Source of the DNA: Klebsormidium nitens
Lineage: Eukaryota; Plantae; Klebsormidiophyceae
Reading direction: 5' to 3'
DNA length: 38,822 nt
Assembly: GCA_000708835.1 (NCBI GenBank)
Contig: DF237686.1
Coordinates: forward strand, 1 to 38,822
Part shown: piece after piece, positions 1 to 15,500 of the stretch
Position numbering within the stretch: the first letter of the stretch is position 1
How the letters are laid out: each line of letters starts with the position of its first letter
Notes under the pieces: generated by a model
What the model saw: only the letters and a program-made list of their open reading frames with translations
What the model was told of the DNA's origin: nothing
Databases searched by the model: none
Program-made: the position numbers and the translations under genes

Positions 1-718
1 CGAGATAACCCGGTCGCGATACAATCTGGCGCGACAAATGTTTATATGCTGTGAACTTATGTATAGATGGCTCCCGTTGCACATTGCAAGCTCGATTCAA
101 TGAATGCGGTTGCAATTGCGCGCAATTGTTTTGAAGCATTCCACTGACCGTCATATATGACGATCGAGTGGACAGGTACACAGGCTTAAAAGCTATACGT
201 GGTCAAGTGACAACCTAGGTAATTGTCATGCACGCACAGAGCATGCTAGGCCATGATGTTATGCAGCGGAGCCCTAGCTTTCAATTGCATGCCTGGGGAT
301 CCACGCAAACCATTAAATTTTGCCAAGTGACTCCGGCTGCCTGACATGATGGTGCGCGCAGTGTATGCGCGTATGCAGCTAGTGGAACTGTTGCGCTGCT
401 TAACCCGTTTACGAACTATACTACTATTGATTCAGAAACGACATCCTCGTTGCATGAGGGCTCAAGCACACTCTGATTGCAATCAAAGTCGTGTCCGAGC
501 ACCCTGAATACGAGGGTTTTACTGGAAGCAACCCACATCAATGACAGCTTACCATCAATTCCAGTGCACACCATCATTATGGAAGTTAGATGCACGCATG
601 TTGAGCGGACGCAAAACGAATGTTGCACGAGCGGGCTAGTCAAAGCCCTCTGTTAGGACGACTTTCTCAGCAGGTGATGTACAGTGTTTGTAAAGCAAAA
701 GATCCAGCATGCTGCCGC

Positions 719-3992
<3,274 letters not shown>

Positions 3993-4768
3993 GGCGGGCG
4001 GCTGCGGCCAAAGACGCTGGAAGAGCAACCGCAGAAAGAGGGGGGAGAAAGCAGGAGGCGACTGGTTTGGAGAGGAAGGGGTTTCAAAAATAGAAACGGG
4101 CTTCGGCCAGTAGCTTTTGTCACCCAGTCGACGTGATATGGTGTACCGATTCTTGAATCGGGGTCAAAGGACAACAAAGGTAGTTTGTGTCAGTTCATTG
4201 CATCAAGTGCTGTGCACAGAAAGAGATGCCAGCTCAAGCTGGCAGCCGCACAGGCAGAGAATCAGCGACGCGGCGAGCAACCCTGGTTCACAGGGTCTCC
4301 GCATCTCTGCTGCATAATGACTACGGCAGTTCACTTTCCCAGTCCATCTCGAATGTGACAACAGCAATATGAGAAGCGGCTTGACCGCTTGATTTGCAAT
4401 GCTTGGTGGTCAACAGAAAATCAGGAAAATGGGCCCTTCCTCCTTCAGTGACAGTAGGTCAGCACAGCAGTCTGCAGAAAGTTGGTACACAGGACTTCCA
4501 TAAAGATCTGGTCCCAGATGAAGGGCAAATGCTGAAGGTAGTGGAGGCATTCAGAGGTCTAGATGTGAGGAGGGTGTGGGTGTGTACCCGTGTGCACACT
4601 TCCATTTTTGCTGCAAGTATTAGCTAATGACTTGGCATAGGTGGAAGTGTTTTCAAGCAGGGTTTTGTGCTCATCTTGCTGAACACGCTGAGCTAAGGAG
4701 ATGCGTTGGCATTACTTTCTCAATTGTGTATACCTAGTCTCAGCATTGCGAAGCGGCGGCGAGAAGCG
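3993..4768. promoter_or_regulatory. Divergent (bidirectional) promoter region RPS5 / pcp
   Basis: The ATGs are head-to-head, 776 nt apart. There is a pyrimidine tract (ccccttcctctcc on -) around 4069-4081 upstream of RPS5 and one site-II-like TGGGCC at 4430-4435. Confidence 0.55.
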
Positions 4769-7072
4769 ATGGGTTCTGAGGGGGGCTTAGAGGCCGTCCG
4801 GTTCAACATCACAGGATTCAGCAAGTTCCATGGAGTTGCTGACAACCCGACCGAGACGCTAGTGTCGAAGCTAAGAAATTATATCAAGGAGGAGGGCGGG
4901 CCTCCGATTTTGCTGGAGGTGAGGTTTTGCTTAGCCTGCAGATATCATGGCGCCTATTCTTGACCTTTCTTGACCACTGTGCACTGCACGAGGTCAGAAA
5001 ATGCTGACTGACTGCAGTCCTTAATCTGCTGGGTGTGCTTCACATGGTTGTCCAGAACTTTCAGTAGGAAAACACAAGCGGTGCATTGCTTGATTCAATT
5101 GCCGCGATCTTTTGGAGATTACTGGCGGCACCAGGCAAATCTTCAAAGGATATTTTCATGGTGCTGCATGGTGCTGAGATCCCGTTTGAGGTCAGCCGCT
5201 GAAATAGTGTGATGGTCGTGTAGTCGAATGCTGTGAAGACAACAGTTTCCTTTCTCCAAGAAACAATCACTTGATGTCAGATTCCATTTTGCAATTCTTT
5301 AGCGTTCATCTGGCAACCCCCTCATTACTTCCTTTGACTCCACAGAGCTGCACGGTTCTTGAGACCGCTGGGAAAGGCGCTCTCGGTAGACTGCTCGAGT
5401 TGCTGAATGGACCACTTCAGCCTAGCGCCCTAGACACCAAAGCCAAGAGCGAGGTCAATGGTGCCAGAGGTGCAGGTCGGAAGGTCCTGCTTGACGGAGC
5501 GCCACGCAAACCGGCCCAAGGAAAGATCATCTGGGTGAGGGGACGTCGCGTGTACATCGCACTTCTTTTGGTCACATCAAAGGTTTTACTGGTTTTCATT
5601 TGTTTTGGTGGATATGCCCTCGCCCCTCCAACCGCAAGCAGGGCAGTATGAATCGCCCCTTAGGCCTCAGAGGACATCTCCTCAAACTCTTTGTTTGGGC
5701 CGCTTGAACTCCGATTCTTTAAAAGGTGCCTGTCCTCTTGTTGATTTCAAAATTCCACATCTCTTTCATACACAAGTGATGGGATTGCATCTGGTACTAT
5801 GGGCTCTGCTTCCAACTGCTGAAGGACTTTCCTTTTTACAGGTTGTCGACGAGCTTTGACTCGAGTTCCCTTAAATACTTTCCAGCACTTGGTGTCATAA
5901 AAACCTTCTGAACGTCGCATAAGCGTCCGTTTCATCGGTGCTTTCCCCCCAAGATACAAGAATTCTTTCAACCTTCAATTGTAGATTCATCTTGGCGTCA
6001 ACGGCGGTGCGTCGCGCTTTGCTTTGGAGCGGCGAGCCTACAACGAGGCTACTTTCCGGTGCCCCGATGAGGCAGGCTGGCAGCCATGGAAGGAGCCAAT
6101 CCTCCCTGAGGACGGGCCCCTTGACTTCTTTCGGGAGGTGGGTTTGCGAATGTTGGGAGTCTTTCTGGTCAAACCAAATAAGACTTGAGGTTGTGTGCGG
6201 TACTGGCATCCGGCACAAGGCCTTTGACGCAGCCGCCCAGATTTGTTTGGTCTTAAATTGATTCAAGGCTTGATGAAACGTTCTTCTGGTTCAAGGTAGC
6301 TCTGGAAGGGAGTTGTGTGCTAAGAGAAACAAAGACCTTTCCAGAAAAGAGCGTCTTCCATAGCGGATTGGAATATTCATATGAGCCACAGATGAGTACC
6401 CAATTTTTCTTTAAAACTCGACCTGGCGTAGTGTAGTACAGGAGGTGCATCCTGAATAAAGTGTTCGAATTGGTTAAAGTATCGGGATTGCCTTGGTTCT
6501 AGGACCAGAAGACTGCTGGTTGTAGGTTCAGGTGGTCTTGTTCTCTGAATCAAAAGTTGCTTGCTCCTGGGAGATAGAAGAACTGTCTTTCTATTTGACC
6601 AAGAGCTCTTCGAGAACGGATAGATGCTGTGTTCAGTACGTCAGTCCATTTTAAACTTTTTCCCGGAATTCTAGTTGGGCTATTCAAACGTGAAGATGAT
6701 TATCGGCCCGTCAACAAACTAGTAAGGAAGGTCAAGTGATTGAGTCTTAGCTTGCGCATTGAAGTAAAGCCATCCGCCAACATCTGCCCATATGAAGCAA
6801 AGGTTAACATTTGGGACTTCTTACTTGCCATGCAGACTGTGGCTCCAGTTGACGAGCTCGTTGGGGCGTTGCGGAAGCAGGGTTTCGATTGTGCGCCGTC
6901 AACAGACGCGGGTCGTTTTGTTTGCAATTATGTATACTACCATTCGCTCCGGCACGCGCTGATTCACGGCACTGAGTCGCTCTTTGTACATGTTCCTGCG
7001 TTCGAAGTTGTAGGAGAGGATGTCCAGCTAGAATTCGTTGTAGCTCTTCTAAGGACATTGAATAGCATATAG
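4769..7072 (+). CDS. pcp: Pyroglutamyl-peptidase I (pyrrolidone-carboxylate peptidase, peptidase C15), 4 exons, 242 aa
   Basis: Exons 4769-4918, 5346-5534, 5985-6137, 6836-7072 (729 nt, all phase 0, GT-AG). Motifs: MGSEG..ITGFSKFHGVADNPTE, SCTVLETAG, IHLGVNGG, NEATFRCPDE (catalytic Glu region), DAGRFVCNYVYYHSL (Cys), SLFVHVP (His). The N-terminus is plant-type. Confidence 0.93.
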
Positions 7073-7148
7073 GTCGCGACTGCAATAGGGTGGATTATGG
7101 GGCTTCAGGTGTGCTCATTCCATATAAGGGATCCGGATCAATTATAGA

Positions 7149-7212
7149 TGTAAAGATTCTGAGGAATAAGTACGCACGGTAGGTTGTTGACATGACGCGT
7201 ATACACAATAAA
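7149..7212 (+). terminator. Candidate polyadenylation signals of pcp
   Basis: TGTAA at 7149-7153 (green-algal type) and AATAAA at 7207-7212, about 80-140 nt after the stop. Motif match only. Confidence 0.3.
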
Positions 7213-7833
7213 GCTAGCGTTACTTGATACATCAGTCATAGAAATGACAGTCCATGAATGTTCAGCAGATTTCCGAGGCCGCACGGCACATGTCAATCCT
7301 GGCTCAGGTTTCTAGCTGCGAGCAGATCTGTCGATCTCAAATTACTCGACCATGCCTCTAAGTTTGCGGCAGGCATTGTCTATCTGAAGTTGGCACCGCG
7401 TATACATTCCCAAAATATCGAATGTTCATGTCGCAGCTCGGGCTCACTCCCCGAGGTAAAGATTGCACTGGGGGCTGCCCGGCAAAATATCGCAGTCCTG
7501 TATGAGAGGGCGGCCCTCTCATATAGGATTGCAAGTGTTTTTCGACTCTTAACTGATTTGCTAGCGCACAATGAAAGAATTCACAGTGTGCAATCAACAA
7601 GGCATTACGTCCACTGCATTCGGCCGACAACAAGTCAAGCCGCTCAGTGTACGCCCCCGTGCTCTCAACAATCGCCTCAGAATTGAGATATGCGAGCCCG
7701 CTCGTTTGCCAACGAGCGCATGACCGGAAAGCCTGCCACTTCCTAGAGTCTATAAGAATGCAAGCTGACTTTGCGAGGTACTCCATTCAAAGGGGACAGG
7801 CAAGCCACCCGCAACTTTCAGAATCCAGAGCGG

Positions 7834-9550
7834 TCAACAAACGTCCCTTGACGGAGTAAGCCACTCGTGCAGCACAACCCCCAACGAATCCTTGGCCTCC
7901 ACGTGTACTGCATGCCCGCATCCCTCCAACTCGAGGAAAGTCCATTTGCGCCCCGTTTCCTTCACTGCCTCCATAACCCCTCGGCAAATGCCAACAAACT
8001 TCGCGTCTTGTGCTCCGGTCACCCAAAACACTCTCCCCCCTATTCCGGCCAAGTCTGGCCAGAGCGAAGGCTGGCGTCCCGTGCTGAGACCTCGGAGGGC
8101 GGCGCAGAGCTCGGCTTCGGAGGCGCTCGCGATACGCTCCGCTTGTAAGGATTCGAAGTCGGGACGACTTCGTAGGCTGCACGAGAGAGCGCTACTGAGC
8201 GTGAGTATTGGTTTCATCAGCGGGTAGATTCGTGTCAGAGTATCGTTCCTCAATCTGTGGCCCTCATGGAGTTTGATTACCAACCTGTTGCCGGGACCTC
8301 AAGAATTTTGTGAAAACCTACAAAGTTGACCTGTCACCTTGTTGACAGTGGGACCTTACAGAAGGACGCAACACGGACCACCTAAAAGACGCACACCGCT
8401 CTTCGAACTTGCCAAAATGGGCACGAGATTAGACATGCAGATGACAAGTAGGGTTCCAAATGTGGGCGAATGCGGCAGCACACCTTTGTGACAACCTTTG
8501 GGAAGACACATTGCATCACGCCATGTTAGTGCGAATCAAGAAGCGTGCCCCACCTGTCCCACATGGGTGCCTCGTACCACCGCTGAATGAACGCCGACGC
8601 GCCGTCCCGCAAGAGCTCCTGCGCCAGGCGGTCGTCATGCTGCGCCCGCGCCTCCTGCTCCGCTGACGTCACCAGCCCGGGACTCCCGGAGATGACGACG
8701 ACGTCGGCCATCTGTCGATGCACGACAGCAAAGCTTCAGATGACAAACCGGGAAGCGGAAGATTGCTGACGTGTGATGAATCTTACGTCAGAGATGGTCC
8801 CCTGGCAGTGCTTCGGTGCGGAGCTTTTTGAATGGCTGGACCGGTCGAGAAGGCCTTGGATCTAAACAGGCCCCGAAAGGGAGATCCGGACCCCTGAAGG
8901 CATGTCCTATGCAGCGGACGCGTTTGCGAGCTTTCACCCGGATCTTTAAGAACTGTCGTGCTGGAATTTCCTACTTTTACTTCATTGCCGCTGTAACCTG
9001 ACTTCCCGCGACCTTAAGATCCAACCTTAAACGCTCCAGAATGCTTGGGGGCCGAGGCCTAACACTAACATCTGCTGGAATTCAGTGAAAGTGTTCGACT
9101 CACCAAGTCCGGATGCTTGACCGCCAGGTATAGCGCCACCCGCGCCCCCAAGCTATATCCAACGACCACCACCCTCTGACCGTCGCTTCGCAACCGTTCA
9201 ATCAGCGCGGAAATGGCCCCGCCCACGCTCTCCACGCCGTACGCTCGGCTGACGTCATCCAACATCCGGCTGACGTCACGCTCCTCGAGCTCGTCAGCGG
9301 ACAGTCCGGCACTTTGAGGAGCATCCGGAAAGCCACCGTCCGCAGCAAGGGCGTTATCGGACGACTGCACTAAGCTCGGCTTTTCAGGGTTTGGGGGTCT
9401 AGGAAGGACAGTTGTCTGGCCGTGCCCCGGTAGATCGATAGGTATGCACCGGGCAGAGGACGTTAAGTGGTCTATGACTGGGAACCAGTCGGCACGGGAG
9501 CCCAGGAAGCCGTGCAGGAAGAGGACAAGGGGCCGATCAGCGCCCGGCAA
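7834..9550 (-). other. menH: MenH / SHCHC synthase (alpha/beta hydrolase fold) module of PHYLLO (exons 25-27)
   Basis: [27 protein letters not shown] (nucleophile Ser), [33 protein letters not shown] (Asp), GCGHAVHVE (His). Confidence 0.92.
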
Positions 9551-12500
9551 CTGCGCACGAGACGAACTGACGTCATGAGGGCTGAACAGCTTCGTAACAT
9601 AACGCGAACGGAACGAGGCAACAGCGTGGGCGGACGGGCGCCTCCCTAGATGAGATGAGGCCACTTCCAAATTCAGCGAGGAGGCCAGTTTTGCGCATAC
9701 ACTACTTTTGGCAGATATAGACCCAAGATGACCGCAACCTTTGAAAGCAAGAAGCAAAAGGATCTGGAGCAGATGAGCAGTCCAAAGAAGATCTGCTTGT
9801 TAAGGAAGGCATAATGCTTGCAGGAAATACATTTATGAAAAAAGCCAGCATACCTCCTTACTTTGGTCGCCGTCCGTAATCTCGGTTAGTCTGAACCGGT
9901 ACTCCGCCTGTGCCGTTTTTACAACCTCTTCACGATCTGCTGCGCTGGACCCCACCCCTCCACCCAGAGTTTCACCAACCCCAGTGACCGACCTTTCGAG
10001 TTCGTCCACCCCACCCTCCTTTTCCGGTGTACTTCTCAGATTTGGGGTACCACGGGTCTGCTCGTCTGTCCCCTTTTGGTCAAACTCTGACCTCGTCAGC
10101 GAGTCAAACCCGGTTACGGTCGCTGTGTCAAGACCGGGTTGAGCAAGTACGCCTGCCGTTCTTTGCATATCCACCTCGAGACCCGGGCCCTCACTTCCGG
10201 TCAGCGCAAACCCATTTCCCGAAACCACGTCGTTTGCCAGCCACTCAAACGTGCCCAACCCGTGCGCCACTCTCTGACCGCCCATCTCCCTTAATCTAAC
10301 CCGCTCCAATAACCGCTCCTTCTTCCTCCTCTCCCGCTTCTCCTCGCGCTCTAGTTTGTCCAGGAACGTCCGCACCTCCGGGTTTCCGTTCACCGGAACG
10401 CCGCTCATCTCGAAGGCGGAACGGATCGCCACCGAGAACGGCTCTGCCGGGGGGGTGAGGTTTGACGTTTGGTCCGGGGTTTCGGGGTTTGCAGAACTAG
10501 AAGCGGCCGTTTCCTCTAATCCACGTCGGTTCTCGTCCACAAAGTGGGCGAGCTCGGCATATGCCGACAAACCGACGCTGCTTTCAAATGCTGCACTTAT
10601 GACGGTCGATATGCCCCGCTTCGAAGCCCAGCGTGCCAAGGCGGCCGTCGCCTCGATGCCTCCAACTCGGGACGGTTTGATGACCTGGCGTGGAGGATGG
10701 ACTGTCAGCTAGGCTGTCTCAGATGGTTTCAATCTATCGTGTCTGCATCCCTTCTATCCTGAGGTAGTCAAAGGTCTATAATTTTCTCGCAATCATAGAT
10801 GTCGTGGCCCAAGGACCAACATAGAACGGCGGGTCAAATTGTTGAAGCTTCGCTGCCTCTTCTAGCGACGAGGCTCGGCAAGTTCCAAAATCTTGATTGG
10901 AGTTGCTTTCAAATTTGCCGGGCTAGTCAGCGTAAATAAGTAGAGCTAACATGCTTTTTAGTGCGAGGTTTATCATATGATGATCAAGCACAACCCCTTC
11001 TCTATGTTGGCGTTCCCGTTGGCCTGCCGAGATTGGCAATTGCTCTTATCAGTGCCCACCCTTGTCGTTTTCACGATATAATACTGGGTTCGGACGGAAT
11101 CGAACTCTTCGCTCTTTACTTCGCAACAACGAAAGAAGCAAAAGCTCGAACATCCATGGCTCCAGATCCAACCATCCCGCCTTGGCTACCAAAGCTCTGA
11201 ACGTGACAGGCATTCTGGTCGCTTTGAGACAAGGAATAACAACCGAAGCAGAAATCAGAGACGGCGACAGGACGGTACTCTCCGCCCTTGGGTTCTGACA
11301 TGCCAATCCTCCAATAAGAAACTCGATAAAGAATCCCCCTCCTCACCAGTGCCACGACGCTCTGCTGCGTCCCCAGTGGAAGATCCGTCTGGGCGTTCCC
11401 GACCAGGCCCTCGTCCACGCTCTCATCCAATGCGACGGCGACACCTGTCCTCTGGTGGAACTCCGCAATATCGGACGGGTTGTCCACTGGTTCCTGTTCA
11501 AGTGACACGGACACGACTTGAGAGCAAGTCTTTAGCACCTTGATCGGAACCTCATCGCGTCAACTGTTTCGGAATCTAGACTCTGATAACTCATTAGATG
11601 CAAATGTTGCAGGTTGAGGAAAGGGAATGGCCTAACAGAAACGGTGCTATTCAAGGATTAGCGGGTTACTGTATTGAGTTAGCGTCCACTTATTCGAAGG
11701 ATTGAGCTGTGAAGCAACTAGGCACGGTAACCGGTGCAGGATGACGAAGCTCTTGACACCATGCACCGGCAGTCAAATCAAGGAGTAGATCGAAAGCATT
11801 GCTTTCCGACACAGACAAGGTTCGAAACCGTCCTCCTAGAAGTCGGCTTTGCAAAACGCAGGTTACAATTCTGTACCTCTACGTACTGCAGACCTAGACC
11901 TCTGACGGCCAGCCCAAACTGCGTCGCCTGGTCGAGAGTCCACCGCCGGTTTGCGTCCGCTCGCAACATTACGTCAGGCCCAACTGCAGCTCTGACGGCA
12001 GCAATGGCGGCGGCGTCTGCGGTAGGCGAGCTGCGGCGCGCCACCTGGCAGCACAGGAAAGGTGTAAGGATGTCAGAAGATGGTTGGTCCCGCTACAAGT
12101 CTGTTTTGCAGTATATGTCCAATCATTAGAGATACAAGAGATCGTTTCCAGTGCTTTTTGCTGCCAATGAGCGAAGGGAACTTTACGCCGGAACTTCTAA
12201 CAGCTCAACTGCGTCCGCTCAACAACAAGATTGCACATTCTCGTTCGGTGATCTCACATAGCGGAACATCACCTCCGCTCAAGGTGACGTAATCATTCAG
12301 TGCCCGATCCTGGCTTTACCTTGAGCTTCAGCGTGCAGAAGCCACGTGTCACGGCCTCGCGCGCCTCTTCCGCCGCCTCCTCCGGACTCCCCTCGGACGC
12401 CAGGAGAGCGCACACCAGCGGCCCCTGAGGGCTGCCAAGTGGCAGCTCCCCGTTGGTCGACGCACCGCCACGTGGCAGAGAGGGGCGTCCAAGGAGCAGC

Positions 12501-15500
12501 TTGGAGAGGGGCACGCCTACGTGGTTCGCGAGTAACGTCAGCAGGGCGGTCTCGAGCCCACACCGGACGCTGGGGAGGAGAGCTGCGGCCTGCGGACAAA
12601 AGGGACAAGACTGAGATCAATCGTACGACAAATAAGAGTACCAATGCAGATAAACCTTTGGTCCACATTCTGGGGTCCCAAACATGGTTCTATTGTTGGC
12701 AACCCCCAAGACTTGTCACCCTTCCTTTGTCGATCGTTTCGGACTTTTCATTGCTGCTAATCATCTACCACTAATGAAAGACATGACCGCATTTTGGGCG
12801 AACCAAAGACCGCCACTCCTGTCGTGACTCAACCTTCCGTATGAGCAATGATTCCAGGCAAGAGGGTCTCGAGTGTGGGCACATTCTGCCAGTTCTTCCG
12901 CACTCACGTCGATCCCCGCTTCCTCCCGCAGCCACGTGGCAATCGCTCCGCCCAGCAGCGGCAGCGTCCCCGGAAGGCTCCGCCCAATCAGCGCTTCTCT
13001 CAGGGCGCAAATTTGTTCCTCCGCTTCTTCCAGGCTCTCTTCATGTAAGCTTTCCAGGGGGGCAATTTCGCCGGTACCCACAGCCCCACCTCGCAGAACG
13101 ACTCTGACCAAGAGCCCATTTCTAAATTGGGCGCCATCGGCTGTGCGGCCTTTGGTGGTGGGAGGTGCGGACAGTTGGACCGTGTACCGACTGATTTGGA
13201 CGTCCGTGATCTCGCGCTGGGCTTGGGATGCGGAGCTAAGGAGAGGGGGGACGAGAGGGCGATCGAAGGCAATGGCGCGTTCTACAACCGTCTTGGCGGC
13301 AGCTTGTAACGCCCTGTGAAGAAGACATACACGCAGTGACTCAGACTTGGACGCAAGGATAAAAGATGGTTATCTTGAAAGTTTATGCCTTGCCGCTGCA
13401 GCGAAAGAATCTGGAAACGTCATGAACGAAGACAGCAAAGGTAACACGACAAAGTGGGAACAAGAACGTGAAAAGCACGGAAGAAGAGGGAAAGCTGCGG
13501 GGAAGTGCGACGGAAAAGTGCAACGAAAGCGAAGACGAATTTAAAAAATGTATTCGAAGTACACTCCACACGAAGTGACTCACTTGTGGTGCGCGACAAC
13601 GGCCCACGGCAGCGGACAAAAAAAGTAAACGACATAGGTAAAGATTGCGAAGATGACAACAGAAGGGGGGACAACGAGGGTAGAAATCAAACGGGAAGGA
13701 AAGCTGAGACAATAATCAAAGCGGAGAAAATAGGACAAAAGAACGAAGCATTACGCAGGAGGAAGTCTTACTTGTGGTGCGCCACGTTGTCGTCGATGTC
13801 CGTGTGCACCTCGATGACCCAGCTCATGCGCCGCTGCCACGCAAAGGCCAGCGCGGCTCGCAGCTCCTCCGGCGACCGAGCCAACGTGTACTTGACCCTG
13901 CGGGTCAAAAGGAGGGTCACGCGCGTAGACTTGGACCAAACCGGCTCGCGAGCGAGAAGTGCCAGCCTTCTGATCCGTCTAATGAAGAGATCACAAGTCC
14001 GCGGCTTAAAGAGATGGTATGACTGGCAATCAACCTGAGACGCACTCGGCAGGTGTGTAAGAGCACCCAATCACCTGATCAACCTGAAGCACCGACTAAC
14101 CAGCCTTTCAACTCCACCCGTGATTACGGCTGAGTTTGTGCTCATACTGCCCCTATGAAAGTGGACAGAATCCTCCTATACTCATGCGGCAGTTCATTCT
14201 CATCGGAGGACGCTCCAGCTGAAGCGATTCATCCTATTGAGACCGCTTACGTACAGACAGTAACAGTTGACCGGCCTCCTCAGTAAGTACTGAACCGTTG
14301 AAGCACTTTTCATCCCCATAGATCAAGAACCTTGAAAGCTGTTAACCTACCTGTGCCCGCTGCAGAGCCGATCAAGGAAGACGTCGTGGGGAGTGGACCA
14401 GAGCTGGGTGAAATGGCTCCCGGGGATAGAGTCCACATTGGGAAGCAGACTGAAGATGCCCCCCCCGGAGTTGTTAACCACCACGGTTACGACCGGGGGT
14501 TGGCCCGGCCGGTTGTTGACCAACAGGAGGCCGTTGGTGTCGTGCAGAAAGGATACGTCACCGACAAGAAGCGTAACCTGCACAGCACAGCAGAAGGGAC
14601 TTGGTGTCCGTACAAAAGATATTTTAAGGTGGTGCGCTGACTGTTCGCTGGTTCCTGGGGGTCACAAAACTGAGTAGATGTGCAAGAAACGGAGATTCAC
14701 AAAAGCTGTCGTACTTTAAAAGTAATGGAAGTTGAACTTCGCTGTCAATCGAAGGAAGACGGGCTTGTCGCAGGAGCTCCGGCAGTCAAAGAAAGAAGCG
14801 AGACACAACTCTGGTGAGGAGCCCGTTTTGCAGTGTATCTCTGCCTAAACTGACCGAAGCTAGTGACCGAAGCTAGTGACGTGTTAATCAAAAGACAGCA
14901 TTCCAGAAAGAGCGAACGGAAGGTTGCAATTCAATTGTGCGAAGCGGGTGCGGTTTCAGGCATGAAAGGAAGAAGTGGAAGTGGTCCCTGGTGGACGGGA
15001 CCATCTGACAGGTGTCAAAATGCAGAAAACGCACAGGAACAGTATGAAACAATCGTGAAACGCGCGCCTGACACAAAAAAACCCCTTCCAACGGGCAGAG
15101 GCATCTTACCGATAAATCTCAAGAAAGATAATGATAAGCCAGAACAACAATAAGCTCCAACTAACACTGACAACCCTATCCCAAAAGGTGCCCGCTCCAC
15201 ACACATACCCATCCTAACCACCATACTAACCTTACCCGTCCGAATGTGGTTACCTTGTTATTCTCTCGGCTTGCTATTTATACTTTCTTGAGTTCAATAT
15301 CTTACCGGCCGCCCCAGCCCCGCAGCAAACCCCGTGGCAGTACTGAGCACTCCATCTATGCCGCTCGCCCCCCGGTTGGCCGCCACACACGGCCCCACGC
15401 TCGCCGGACCGATTGCTGCGCCAGAATCGGGAATAGTTCCGTACCCTGGGGGCCCGGTGCCGGCTTGAAGGGCCCCCGAGAGGAAGTCTTCTGCGTACAT

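Noticed and set aside
7258-7786. Overlapping 142-aa ORFs on both strands between pcp and PHYLLO
   Set aside because: This is the convergent 3'-UTR region, with no splice-supported structure or recognisable domain.
13505-14038. 177-aa Lys/Arg-rich plus-strand ORF
   Set aside because: It is antisense to a pyrimidine-rich PHYLLO intron and exon 19, so it is a compositional artefact.
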